From Frankiaceae bacterium (lineage in GTDB: Bacteria; Actinomycetota; Actinomycetes; Mycobacteriales; SCTD01), in contig JANPHZ010000256.1 in the NCBI GenBank assembly GCA_031424715.1, forward strand, positions 1 to 33,872: a DNA stretch of 33,872 nt, read 5' to 3'. Below, piece by piece: positions 17,678 through 25,668 of this stretch (positions are counted from its first letter, which is position 1; every line of letters begins with the position of its first letter). The position numbers were made by a program, and so were the translations under genes. The notes under the pieces were generated by a model. That model was not told the DNA's origin. It was given only the letters and a program-made list of their open reading frames with translations, and searched no databases.

Positions 17678-17926
17678 ATGGAGCCCTTGGCGAACTGGCT
17701 GACCGCTGTGCAGCGCGAGCTGGAACTGCAGGACGAGGTCGACGTACGGCTGCTCCTGGACCTGTCACGGAAGGTGGCGCACGCCGTCGAGCGACCCGCA
17801 GCCCCGCTGACCACCTACCTCCTCGGTCTGGCGGTGGCCCGGCACGCGGGAGACGGCCGCGGGCCTACCGAGCTCGCGGACGTGGTGGAGCGCCTGGCGC
17901 TCAGCTGGCAGCAGCCCGATCCGTGA
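17678..17926 (+). CDS. DUF6457-like small protein
   Basis: LLDLSRKVAHAVERPAAPLTTYLLG motif, which I recognise as the small domain often associated with actinobacterial MobA. Confidence 0.7.
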   Translation: MEPLANWLTAVQRELELQDEVDVRLLLDLSRKVAHAVERPAAPLTTYLLGLAVARHAGDGRGPTELADVVERLALSWQQPDP

Positions 17927-18536
17927 GGAACGACGCGGCGGCACGCTCGACGTCGCGGCGGCTCCCCCTGTTGTAGGGCAGCCGGGCGAGCAGGTTGCCC
18001 ATCATGCAGGTGTTGCTCAGTGCAGCGAAGGTCAGGCCGGCGCCGACGAACCCGGCGACGAACTTCAGCCCGGGGACCACGAGGCTGCCCAGGATGCTCA
18101 GCAGCACGATCGAGCCGGCGACCAGGCGCACCTGCCGCTCCAGACCCCAGCGCTGCTCGCCCTTGACGACCGGTCCCTCGGCCTGCTGCCACGCGACCAT
18201 GCCACCCATCAGCACGTGGAAGCCGCTGCCCCCGGCAGCCACCAGCTTGTCCTGTGCCTGCTTGGCCCGCCCGCCCTGCTGGCAGACGACGACGACCGGC
18301 CGCTCGCTGGCCAGGAGCTGGTCGCGATAGCGACCCACCTGGTCCAGCGGGACGTTAACGGCGCCGGGGATGTGGCACGTCCGGAACTCGCTGCTGGTGC
18401 GCACGTCCAGCACCCGGTACGAGGTCTGCGGCAGTGCTTGCACCTTGCTCGCGGAGACTTCGGGTGGCATCGATTCGGCTGGCGGGGTTGCACTGCGCGA
18501 GGGGCGGGCTTGCGGGCGGGCGGTCGTAGCAGTCAC
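17901..18536 (-). CDS. Membrane-anchored rhodanese with DUF2892 tail (YgaP-like)
   Basis: LDVRTSSEF..HIPGAVN, active loop CQQGGRA, C-terminal ERQVRLVAG...SNTCMM; AGGAG RBS before GTG 18536. Confidence 0.87.
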   Translation of the reverse strand: MTATTARPQARPSRSATPPAESMPPEVSASKVQALPQTSYRVLDVRTSSEFRTCHIPGAVNVPLDQVGRYRDQLLASERPVVVVCQQGGRAKQAQDKLVAAGGSGFHVLMGGMVAWQQAEGPVVKGEQRWGLERQVRLVAGSIVLLSILGSLVVPGLKFVAGFVGAGLTFAALSNTCMMGNLLARLPYNRGSRRDVERAAASFLTDRAAAS

Positions 18537-18577
18537 TGGCTCTCCTGAGGTCGGCGCGTCGTAGCCAGTGTCGGCGA

Positions 18578-18593
18578 TGTGACCGGCATCACG
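18578..18593. promoter_or_regulatory. CRP-family-like site (TGTGA-CCGGCA-TCACG)
   Basis: 9/10 match to TGTGA-N6-TCACA. Confidence 0.55.
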
Positions 18594-18596
18594 CAA

Positions 18597-18608
18597 GAGT
18601 CCGGACAA
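18597..18608. promoter_or_regulatory. Putative GntR/HutC-type operator, copy 5 (TTGTCCGGACTC on minus strand)
   Basis: Upstream of the YgaP-like rhodanese; shares the TGTCCGGAC core with copies 3 and 4. Confidence 0.5.
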
Positions 18609-18704
18609 AAGAACTCTGGGCTGACCTCGGTCGGGTCAGGCTCGGCGCGCTGCGCCCGTGGGGACTCGAGGAGCATCGCCCCTCCCGGATCGTCCGGTTT
18701 CCTG

Positions 18705-18716
18705 ATATACGTACAT
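18705..18716. promoter_or_regulatory. Putative GntR/HutC-type operator, copy 6 (ATATACGTACAT)
   Basis: 11/12 match to copy 1; about 50 bp upstream of the surface-protein operon. Confidence 0.62.
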
Positions 18717-18720
18717 TTGC

Positions 18721-18736
18721 TGTGATGCACGTCACG
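18721..18736. promoter_or_regulatory. CRP-family-like site (TGTGA-TGCACG-TCACG)
   Basis: 9/10 match to TGTGA-N6-TCACA; 4 bp from operator copy 6. Confidence 0.55.
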
Positions 18737-18768
18737 CACACCAACCGATGCCCCCCCCAGGAGGAACC

Positions 18769-19776
18769 GTGGACCGGACTGGCACCGTCGGCGCAGCCGC
18801 AGTGGTGGCGCTCCTCGCCATGACATGGGCAGGTCCCGCCGCTGCGGGGGCCCGACCGAACGAGCTCCACCCGGCCGGGAGTGCGGTCTCCCCCGGCCCC
18901 CCGAGCCCGCCCTCGGTCTCCCCGCTGGATGCCGTCGACAGACCGGCGGTCGGCCCCGAGCGAGCCGGCCCCCGCTCTCGGCAGGCCGGGAGCGCGATGA
19001 ACGGTCAGTTCGTCGTCGTCGATGGCACGTGCGGCTCGGGCGCAACGCCCGTCGGCAGCTACTTCTCGATGCTGGACCCGAGCGGTAACCCCGTGGACAA
19101 CGGGGACTCGCCCTGCAGTGCCAAGGCAGCGACGCCGGTGCGTGCCGGGGACAGCGGTCTCACGCCCGGCCGCATGCAACCGTTCGCCGGGTCGCCTGGG
19201 GCCAGCCGGGCGATCATCGCTCCCACCACCTTCTTCGGCAGTCCGTTCGCGGTGGCCACCGAGGGGCCGGACAAGCAGAGCGGGGCGGCGGTGGAAGCCC
19301 CGTCGATCACCGAGTCCGGAGGCAAGCTGACGGGCGAGATCTCGTCGTTCCAGGCCTTCTACAACGGCGCCTACTACAACCAGGGCGCTCCCAAGCCTGG
19401 CGGCGGCACGCCCGGGCGCACGACCGACGGGCTGAGCGGCACCTACGACCCCGGCAGCGGGGCCTTCGTCCTCGAATGGCGCAGCACCATCACCGGCGGG
19501 GCTTTCAGCAACTTCACCGGCGTGTGGCACCTCGAGGGGACCTACCAGGAGGGGTCCGGAGGCGGCGCGTCCTCCGGTGCCGGCACGTCCGGAGAGCCGA
19601 CAGGCAGCACCTCCTCCTCAAGCGGGACCTCGACGGCTGCGGGAGGGGCGGGGTCACCCGGCGGCGCTGGACGGCTCGCCAACACTGGCCCGTCGACAGG
19701 CACCGGCTTCGCCGTCCTGGCGGCTCTGGCCATCGGCTTCGCCCTCTGGAGCCGCCGCGCGGGGTGGTCCCGCTGA
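18769..19776 (+). CDS. Uncharacterised secreted protein with LAXTG-type cell-wall sorting signal
   Basis: Signal peptide, Pro-rich linker, domain paralogous to 20808-21536, Gly/Ser/Thr linker, then LANTG + hydrophobic stretch + RRAGWSR; AGGAGG RBS before GTG 18769. Confidence 0.8.
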   Translation: MDRTGTVGAAAVVALLAMTWAGPAAAGARPNELHPAGSAVSPGPPSPPSVSPLDAVDRPAVGPERAGPRSRQAGSAMNGQFVVVDGTCGSGATPVGSYFSMLDPSGNPVDNGDSPCSAKAATPVRAGDSGLTPGRMQPFAGSPGASRAIIAPTTFFGSPFAVATEGPDKQSGAAVEAPSITESGGKLTGEISSFQAFYNGAYYNQGAPKPGGGTPGRTTDGLSGTYDPGSGAFVLEWRSTITGGAFSNFTGVWHLEGTYQEGSGGGASSGAGTSGEPTGSTSSSSGTSTAAGGAGSPGGAGRLANTGPSTGTGFAVLAALAIGFALWSRRAGWSR

Positions 19777-20807
19777 CCCGGTCAGCTGCGGCCACCGCCC
19801 GCAGTTGGCCGTGGTGGGTTGCGCTCGGCGTCGGCGTCGCCCTGGCCCTGGCTCCCGTCGCGCTGCAGATGTTCAGCCGCGGTCCCGGCGGTGCCGCGAT
19901 GCTCGCGGACTTCGAGCCCTACATGCAGCCGAAGGTCATCCAGGAGTTTCACGGCTACGTCGACGCCGTCGACGCAGGAGCGCAGGAACTGCAGAGTCGG
20001 TCCCGCTTCGTCGCGGCCTCCCGGCTCGGGATGCCCGCGGACGCCTTCAACACGGAGTACTCCGCGCTGGTCCAGTTCGAGAAGGACTGGCCGAGAGCGC
20101 GCGACGACATGCGGGTGCTGCTCGACACGATCGGCGCGAACATCGGCAACTACGGCTCCGTCGCGGCGCTGCCGTCGTTCAGGCTCTTCCCCTACTTCTT
20201 CGTCCTGCCCGGTCTGATGATCGCCGGGGTGGCCGTGGTGGGGCTCCGGCGCCAGCGCACCGGAGGGAGCACCCGGTCTCCGGCGCGCGGTCTCGCCGTA
20301 CTGGGGGTCGCCCTCATCGCGGCCCCGCTGGTCTTCCAGATGTTCTCGCGCGCACCCGACGGGGAGCGGATGCTCGACGAGTTCCGGCCGCTCATGACGA
20401 CCGAGCGCATCACCACCGTGCAGGGCTACTTCGTCACCATGGCGGGTGGTGAGGCTGCCGTGCGCGGTCAGCTCCTGCCGGCACTCGACCGGGCCGGTGT
20501 CGCCGAGGCTGAACGTCGAGCCCTGCTGCCCAAGGCCTACGGCTTCACCGAGGTGTGGACGCGGATGGCCAACCAGATGGCGCCCATGCTGGCCGCCATG
20601 AACGACAACCTCACCCGCTACAACGGCCTGCTCGCCTTGCCGCCCTTCGGCTTGTTCCCCTGGTTCTTCGTCGCCCCCGGCGTGTTCCTGATCGTGCTCG
20701 GCGTCCTCACGACGCGCACCACCCCGCTCGCCACCGGCCGCGAGGCCGATGACATGCCCGACGTCCGCAAGCCCTTGCTCCTCCCCGTCCCTTCGAAGGA
20801 GATCTGA
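19764..20807 (+). CDS. Uncharacterised membrane protein with two-fold internal repeat
   Basis: Two units of TM-QMFSR..G..ML.dF.P.M-(helical loop)-N...Y....ALP.F.LFP.FFV.PG-TM; GTG 19764 overlaps the upstream gene end; start approximate. Confidence 0.78.
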   Translation: MVPLTRSAAATARSWPWWVALGVGVALALAPVALQMFSRGPGGAAMLADFEPYMQPKVIQEFHGYVDAVDAGAQELQSRSRFVAASRLGMPADAFNTEYSALVQFEKDWPRARDDMRVLLDTIGANIGNYGSVAALPSFRLFPYFFVLPGLMIAGVAVVGLRRQRTGGSTRSPARGLAVLGVALIAAPLVFQMFSRAPDGERMLDEFRPLMTTERITTVQGYFVTMAGGEAAVRGQLLPALDRAGVAEAERRALLPKAYGFTEVWTRMANQMAPMLAAMNDNLTRYNGLLALPPFGLFPWFFVAPGVFLIVLGVLTTRTTPLATGREADDMPDVRKPLLLPVPSKEI

Positions 20808-21536
20808 ATGCGCACTCGTACCCGGCTGAGGTCCTGGCCCGCTGCACTCGTCGTGAGCGGCATGCTGCTCACGGCCTGCGGAGGTAACGGGGCGACAGGG
20901 TCTTCCGCCACCGAGAAGGACGCTCCGGACGACGGAACGCTCACCGGGTTGATGACGCTGACGCCAGGCGCGTGCGCCGGCGGCGCCCCCAAGGGCAGTT
21001 ACTTCCGCATGATCAGCCCCGGTGGCAAGCCCGACAAGGGGCCGTTCGTCAAGAACGGCGACTCCCTGTGCACGAACAAGGAGTACTCGCTGCTGGCTCC
21101 GGGCACCGACGGTGGGCTGAAGCTGGGGGCGTTCCAGGAGTTTCCCCAGCCGGCCTTCGACGCTGCTGGCAACGGCAAGGCGGGCAGCGTCCTCAAGCCG
21201 GTCAAGTTCTTCGGCATCGACTTCGCCCTCGCCTGCCCGAAGACCGACGCTCAGACCAAGGCGGCGACGTCAGCCCCGATGCTGAAGGTGGACGGGGCGG
21301 GCAAGGTGACCGGCACGCTCAGCTGCTGGCAGGCGGCGTACAACAACGCCTACTACAACCAGGGTGCACCCAAGCCCGACGGGAGCAACCCCGGGTTCAC
21401 CAGCACGGGAGTCACAGGCACGTACGACAAGGCCAGCGGCAAGATCGTCCTGTCGTGGGCCAGCACCATCGTCGGCGGCGCCTTCAACAACTTCGGCGGC
21501 TCCTGGCACCTGGAGGGGACGCTGGCCACCCCCTGA
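20808..21536 (+). CDS. Uncharacterised lipoprotein, paralogue of 18769-19776
   Basis: Lipobox LLTA-C; AAGGAG RBS; ATG directly follows the upstream TGA; shared motifs GSYF.M..P.G, NGDS.C, AYYNQGAPKP, WHLEGT. Confidence 0.85.
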   Translation: MRTRTRLRSWPAALVVSGMLLTACGGNGATGSSATEKDAPDDGTLTGLMTLTPGACAGGAPKGSYFRMISPGGKPDKGPFVKNGDSLCTNKEYSLLAPGTDGGLKLGAFQEFPQPAFDAAGNGKAGSVLKPVKFFGIDFALACPKTDAQTKAATSAPMLKVDGAGKVTGTLSCWQAAYNNAYYNQGAPKPDGSNPGFTSTGVTGTYDKASGKIVLSWASTIVGGAFNNFGGSWHLEGTLATP

Positions 21537-21653
21537 CCGGACGGCCAAATCTCGACCCGCGCGCAATTCCGAGGACGCTCCCTCTGGCGTCTGCGGCAGT
21601 GATGTCGACATCCCTTCAATGCTGCTCATCACCTGCCCGTGCCGGCCTCGGCT

Positions 21654-21669
21654 AGGGACGAAAGTCCCT
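21654..21669. promoter_or_regulatory. DosR/DevR-box-like palindrome (AGGGAC-GAAA-GTCCCT)
   Basis: GGGAC-N4-GTCCC core about 145 bp upstream of sqr; could alternatively be a GAAA-tetraloop RNA hairpin. Confidence 0.5.
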
Positions 21670-21814
21670 GGTCGGCGCCGTCTCCCCGCCCTAGGGTCGG
21701 CATCGCAGACACGGTGAGCCACCCGATCCGGGCAACCGTGAGAGCGCGTCCCGTCGAACGGACGGCACAGAACCCTGAGCCCTGCACGTTCCGAACTAGC
21801 GACAGGCCAGCGAC

Positions 21815-23026
21815 ATGCCGCCGACGATGCGTAAGAAGCACCACAAGATCGTGATCGTCGGCGGGGGTACCGCGGGCATCTCGGTTGCGGCCCGGCTGAG
21901 GCGGGCCGGAGAGACCGACGTCGCCCTGCTCGATCCGGCGGAGACGCACTACTACCAACCGTTGTGGACCCTGGTGGGCGGCGGATGCTCCACGGTGGAG
22001 AAGAGTGCTCGCCCGGAGGTCGACGTCATGCCTCAGGGTGTGCAGTGGCTCAAGCAGGCTGCGGCGTCGATCGATCCGGATGCCAAGACGGTGTCGCTGG
22101 CCGACGGGGGCACGCTGGGCTACGACTTCCTGGTCGTGTGCCCCGGGATCCAGTTGGACTGGTTCAAGATCCCGGGCCTGTCGGAGACCCTGGGCGTGCG
22201 CGGCGTCTCCAGCAACTACCTCCCGGAGCTCGCGCCGAAGACGTGGGAGTTCATCCGGGGGTTGAAGCGCGGGACGGCTGTCTTCGGGATGCCGAGCGGG
22301 CCGATCAAGTGCGGCGGCGCGCCGCAGAAGATCGCCTACCTGGCGGCCGACTACTGGCGCCAACAGGGCGTGCTGAAGGACATCCGGGTCGTGCTGGTGC
22401 TCCCGACGCCAGGCATGTTCGGCGTGCCGGTCTTCGCCCGCGAGCTCGAGCGCGTCGCTCGGGACTACGGCATGGAGGTCCACCTGAGCTCTGAGGTCGT
22501 GGAGGTCGACCCGGACGGCCGTGAAGCTGTCGTGAAGGACATCACGGCCGACAGCAAGCAGCGGATCGGGTACGACGTCATGCACCTGGTGCCGCCGCAG
22601 AGCGCGCCGGACTGGCTCAAGCAGACCGACCTGGCCGACCCTGACCTGCCGGCTGGATACGTCCAGGTCGACAAGCACACGATGCAGCACACCCGCTACC
22701 CGGACGTGTTCGCGTTGGGGGACGCAGGAAGCACACCGAACAGCAAGACGGGCGCGGCGATCCGCAAGCAGGCGCCGGTCGTCGTGAAGAACCTGCGTGC
22801 GCACATGGCGGGCCAGCCGGTGACCGCCTCCTACGACGGATACTCCTCGTGCCCGATCACCACGGCGCGCAACAAGATGCTCTTGGCCGAGTTCGACTAC
22901 ACGATGCAGCCCAAGCCCTCCTTCCCGCTGATCGACACCACCAAAGAGCGCCGGGACATGTGGCTGCTCAAGAAGTACGGCCTCCCCGCGCTGTACTGGA
23001 ATCTCATGCTCAAGGGTCGAATCTGA
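21815..23026 (+). CDS. sqr: Sulfide:quinone oxidoreductase (type II-like FAD flavoprotein)
   Basis: VIVGGGTAG, HYYQPLWTLVGGG, catalytic Cys motifs IKCGGAPQK and YDGYSSCP, plus FALGD, SKTGAA, LAEFDY, PALYW; start 21815 or 21827. Confidence 0.88.
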   Translation: MPPTMRKKHHKIVIVGGGTAGISVAARLRRAGETDVALLDPAETHYYQPLWTLVGGGCSTVEKSARPEVDVMPQGVQWLKQAAASIDPDAKTVSLADGGTLGYDFLVVCPGIQLDWFKIPGLSETLGVRGVSSNYLPELAPKTWEFIRGLKRGTAVFGMPSGPIKCGGAPQKIAYLAADYWRQQGVLKDIRVVLVLPTPGMFGVPVFARELERVARDYGMEVHLSSEVVEVDPDGREAVVKDITADSKQRIGYDVMHLVPPQSAPDWLKQTDLADPDLPAGYVQVDKHTMQHTRYPDVFALGDAGSTPNSKTGAAIRKQAPVVVKNLRAHMAGQPVTASYDGYSSCPITTARNKMLLAEFDYTMQPKPSFPLIDTTKERRDMWLLKKYGLPALYWNLMLKGRI

Positions 23027-23053
23027 GAACACGACCCCCGTAGCCTGGCCCCG

Positions 23054-24298
23054 ATGGCGTACCACCGGGAGTACCTCCGCGCGGACCTGACCGCCGGGCT
23101 GACCGTGGCGGTCCTGCTGGTGCCGCAGGCCATGGCGTACGCCGCTCTGGCCGGCATGCCACCGCAGGCAGGGCTGCACGCGGCCATCGTGTCGCTGCTC
23201 GTCTACGCCGCCCTGGGCACCAGTCGCCTCCTGCTGATGGGGCCGGCGGCCCTGGATGCGCTGCTCGTCGCCGCCGTCGTCACCCCGGTGGCCGGCGGCG
23301 ACGCCGAGCGCTACGTGGCTGCCGCAAGCCTGCTCGCTGTGCTCGTCGGCCTGGTGCAGATCGCCCTCGCGCTGCTCCGGCTCAGCGGGCTCAGCACCGT
23401 GCTGACCGCGCCGGCCGTCCGCGGCTTCACCGCCGGGGCGGCGCTGCTGATCTGCGCGACCCAGGTGCCCGAGCTGCTCGGACTGGACGGCGTGTCGACC
23501 GGGTCGTTGCTCCTGCCGGCGGTGGACGAGATCGTCCGGGCCCTCACCGGCCTGCACCTGCAGACGGCCCTGCTCGGGGTCGGTGCCCTGCTGCTCCTGG
23601 TCCTTCTGCCGCGCGCGTTGCCGGCCGCGCCGGCGCCGCTGATCGTCATGCTGCTGACCACGGGGCTCGTGGTGCTGCTGGCTCTCGAGCAGCAGGGCGT
23701 CCGGGTCGTCGGCGAGGTACCGGCCGGGCCGCCCGTCCCGGTGCTGCCCCGCTGGGACGCCTCCCTCGTGCGTGAGCTGGCACCGGGCGCGCTGCTCATC
23801 GCCCTGGTGTCCTGGCTGGAGAGCGCGTCGGTGGCTCGGACGTACGCCGGGGACGGGGACCGGCTGGACCCGCAGCGCGAGCTCTGGGCGCTCGGCGCAG
23901 CCAACACCGCTGCCGGCCTCGTCCGTGCCTTTCCTGGTGCCAGCGGGCTGGCCCGCACTGCGGTGAACCACCGCGCCGGCGCCCGTACGCAGCTGTCGGG
24001 GGTCGTCGCGGCGCTGGTGCTCCTCGTCGTCGTCATGTTCCTGACTCCACTGTTCTCCCCCCTGCCGCGCGTGACTCTGGCGGCGGTCGTGCTGCTGGCG
24101 GCCGCGTCCCTGGTCGACCTGCCCGGGACGCGTCTGCTGCGCGAGCGCCCGAGGGAGGGCGCGGTCGTGCTCGTGACCCTGCTGGCAACGGCGTTGCTCG
24201 GAGTGGCGCCTGGCCTGGCCGTCGCGCTGCTCTGCAGCCTGCTTGACCGGCCCCAGCGGTCAAGCAGGTGGGTTCGCGGCCCCGCCGATCGGCGTTGA
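23054..24298 (+). CDS. sulP: SulP family transporter lacking STAS domain (third copy, possibly truncated)
   Basis: N-terminal part nearly identical in protein to 4258-6060; ends right after the last TM helix and overlaps the convergent MFS gene by 39 bp. Confidence 0.75.
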   Translation: MAYHREYLRADLTAGLTVAVLLVPQAMAYAALAGMPPQAGLHAAIVSLLVYAALGTSRLLLMGPAALDALLVAAVVTPVAGGDAERYVAAASLLAVLVGLVQIALALLRLSGLSTVLTAPAVRGFTAGAALLICATQVPELLGLDGVSTGSLLLPAVDEIVRALTGLHLQTALLGVGALLLLVLLPRALPAAPAPLIVMLLTTGLVVLLALEQQGVRVVGEVPAGPPVPVLPRWDASLVRELAPGALLIALVSWLESASVARTYAGDGDRLDPQRELWALGAANTAAGLVRAFPGASGLARTAVNHRAGARTQLSGVVAALVLLVVVMFLTPLFSPLPRVTLAAVVLLAAASLVDLPGTRLLRERPREGAVVLVTLLATALLGVAPGLAVALLCSLLDRPQRSSRWVRGPADRR

Positions 24299-25584
24299 TC
24301 GCGCACTCGGCAGGTGTGTCTCGTACATCCGGCCGGCGACGAGCACGCCGGAGGCCGCCGTGATGACGGCGACGACGGCGACAGCTGCACGCAGGCCGTA
24401 GAGGTCAGCCACGACGCCACCGAGCAGTGCGCCGACCGCGAAGCCGCCGTCCCGCCACAACCGGTAGACACCGATGGACCGAGCCCGCCAGGCCGGGTGG
24501 GCGACGTCGCCTATCGCCGCCAGCAGAGTGGGGTAGACCAGGGCCGTGCCCGCGCCGAGGACGACGGCAGCGACGGCCCACACCGCGAAACTGTCGCCGA
24601 CCGCGACCAGGACCAGGGCAGCCGCCTGGATCCACATGCCTGCGACGATGGGCCACTTGCGGCCGAGCCGGTCGGACGCCGCACCGGTGGCGAGCTGACC
24701 GAGACCCCACACCGCGGGATAGAGGGCGGCCAGCACGCCGATCTGGAAGATCGACAGCCCAGCGGAAGCGAACAGGAGGGGGAACAGCCCCCAGGCCAGA
24801 CCGTCGTTCAGGTTGTTCACCAGGCCGGCCTGGCTGACCGAGGACATCGCCGGCTCGTCGAACGACGTGCGCCGGAAGACCTGCCGCGTGGTCAGGTGCT
24901 CGGGCTGCTGGGGACGCCCGTCGGCACGTGCGACCGGGGCGTGCGTCGCGGCCTCCAGCCGGGCGTGCTCACGTGTCTCCTCGACGAACGCCGCGGACAG
25001 GCCCAGCCCGAGGGCGACGACGGCCAGGCCGAGGAAGAAGGGCGCCGGGCGCAGCCCATACCTCGCCGCCAGGTAGCCCGTGGCCAGGGCAGTCGCGCCG
25101 ACAGCGAGGTAGCCGGCCGCCTCGTTGAGACCCATCGCAAGCCCGCGACGGGACGGCCCCACCAGATCGATCTTCATGATGACCGTGTCGACCAGGTCAA
25201 CCCCTGGTTGACACCGAGCAGGACGTTGGCGAACACCACCCAGCCCCAGGACGGGCCGAGCATGAGCAGCAGCGGGACAGGCAGGCCGACCAGCCAGCCC
25301 ACGATCAGGACGGGCCTGCGGCCGTAGCGATCGGACAGTGCGCCGGCCACGAAGTTCGTCATCGCCTTCGTGAGGCCGAAGGCGACGATGAAGGTGCTGA
25401 CGACGGTGAAACCGGTGAGGCCGAACTCCTGCTCGGCCAGCAGCGGCAGGACCGTGCGCTCCTGACCGAGCATCCCGCCGACCAGGGCGTTGACGGCGAC
25501 CAGCAGCGTGAACTGCGCCGCGTTGGGACGCAGTCCGAGCCGCAACGGGGCAGACGAACCCGACCCCACAGGAGCAGCCATCAC
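24260..25584 (-). pseudogene. MFS transporter split by a 1-bp frameshift near 25187
   Basis: Frame A ends NQGLTWST, frame B resumes TVIMKIDLVGP; MFS motifs GALSDRYGRR and GAASDRLGRK lie in the two halves. Could be a sequencing error. Confidence 0.8.
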
Positions 25585-25596
25585 GAGCCCTCCTGT

Positions 25597-25612
25597 TCAA
25601 GCGTTCGCTTGA
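25597..25612. promoter_or_regulatory. Putative ArsR-type operator (TCAAGCG-TT-CGCTTGA)
   Basis: Perfect 7-2-7 inverted repeat between the divergent MFS and ArsR-rhodanese genes. Confidence 0.65.
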
Positions 25613-25641
25613 CTACACCTTGCGGGACGTCGACTACGTTG

Positions 25642-25657
25642 TCAAAGGAGTCCTTGA
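25642..25657. promoter_or_regulatory. Second putative ArsR-type operator (TCAA-AGGAGTCC-TTGA)
   Basis: Same TCAA-N8-TTGA geometry, next to the regulator's RBS. Confidence 0.55.
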
Positions 25658-25668
25658 GGAGACTGCTC

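Noticed and set aside
18751-18758. C8 tract as a phase-variation switch for the surface protein
   Set aside because: The tract lies upstream of the AGGAGG RBS and likely GTG start at 18769, so slippage would not frameshift the gene; eight C is modest in high-GC DNA.
21601-21612. Perfect palindrome GATGTCGACATC upstream of sqr
   Set aside because: Resembles the GntR box but is 2 bp shorter in the centre and about 200 bp from the start, so it was not counted as an operator.
21595-21700. GGACGAAA suggested a hammerhead ribozyme
   Set aside because: No CUGANGA core or compatible stems nearby.
21629-23971. 780-aa minus-strand ORF and other long alternative-frame ORFs (e.g. 4125-6110, 9606-11429, 27839-29566)
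   Set aside because: Shadow frames of well-supported genes in high-GC DNA; no recognisable motifs.
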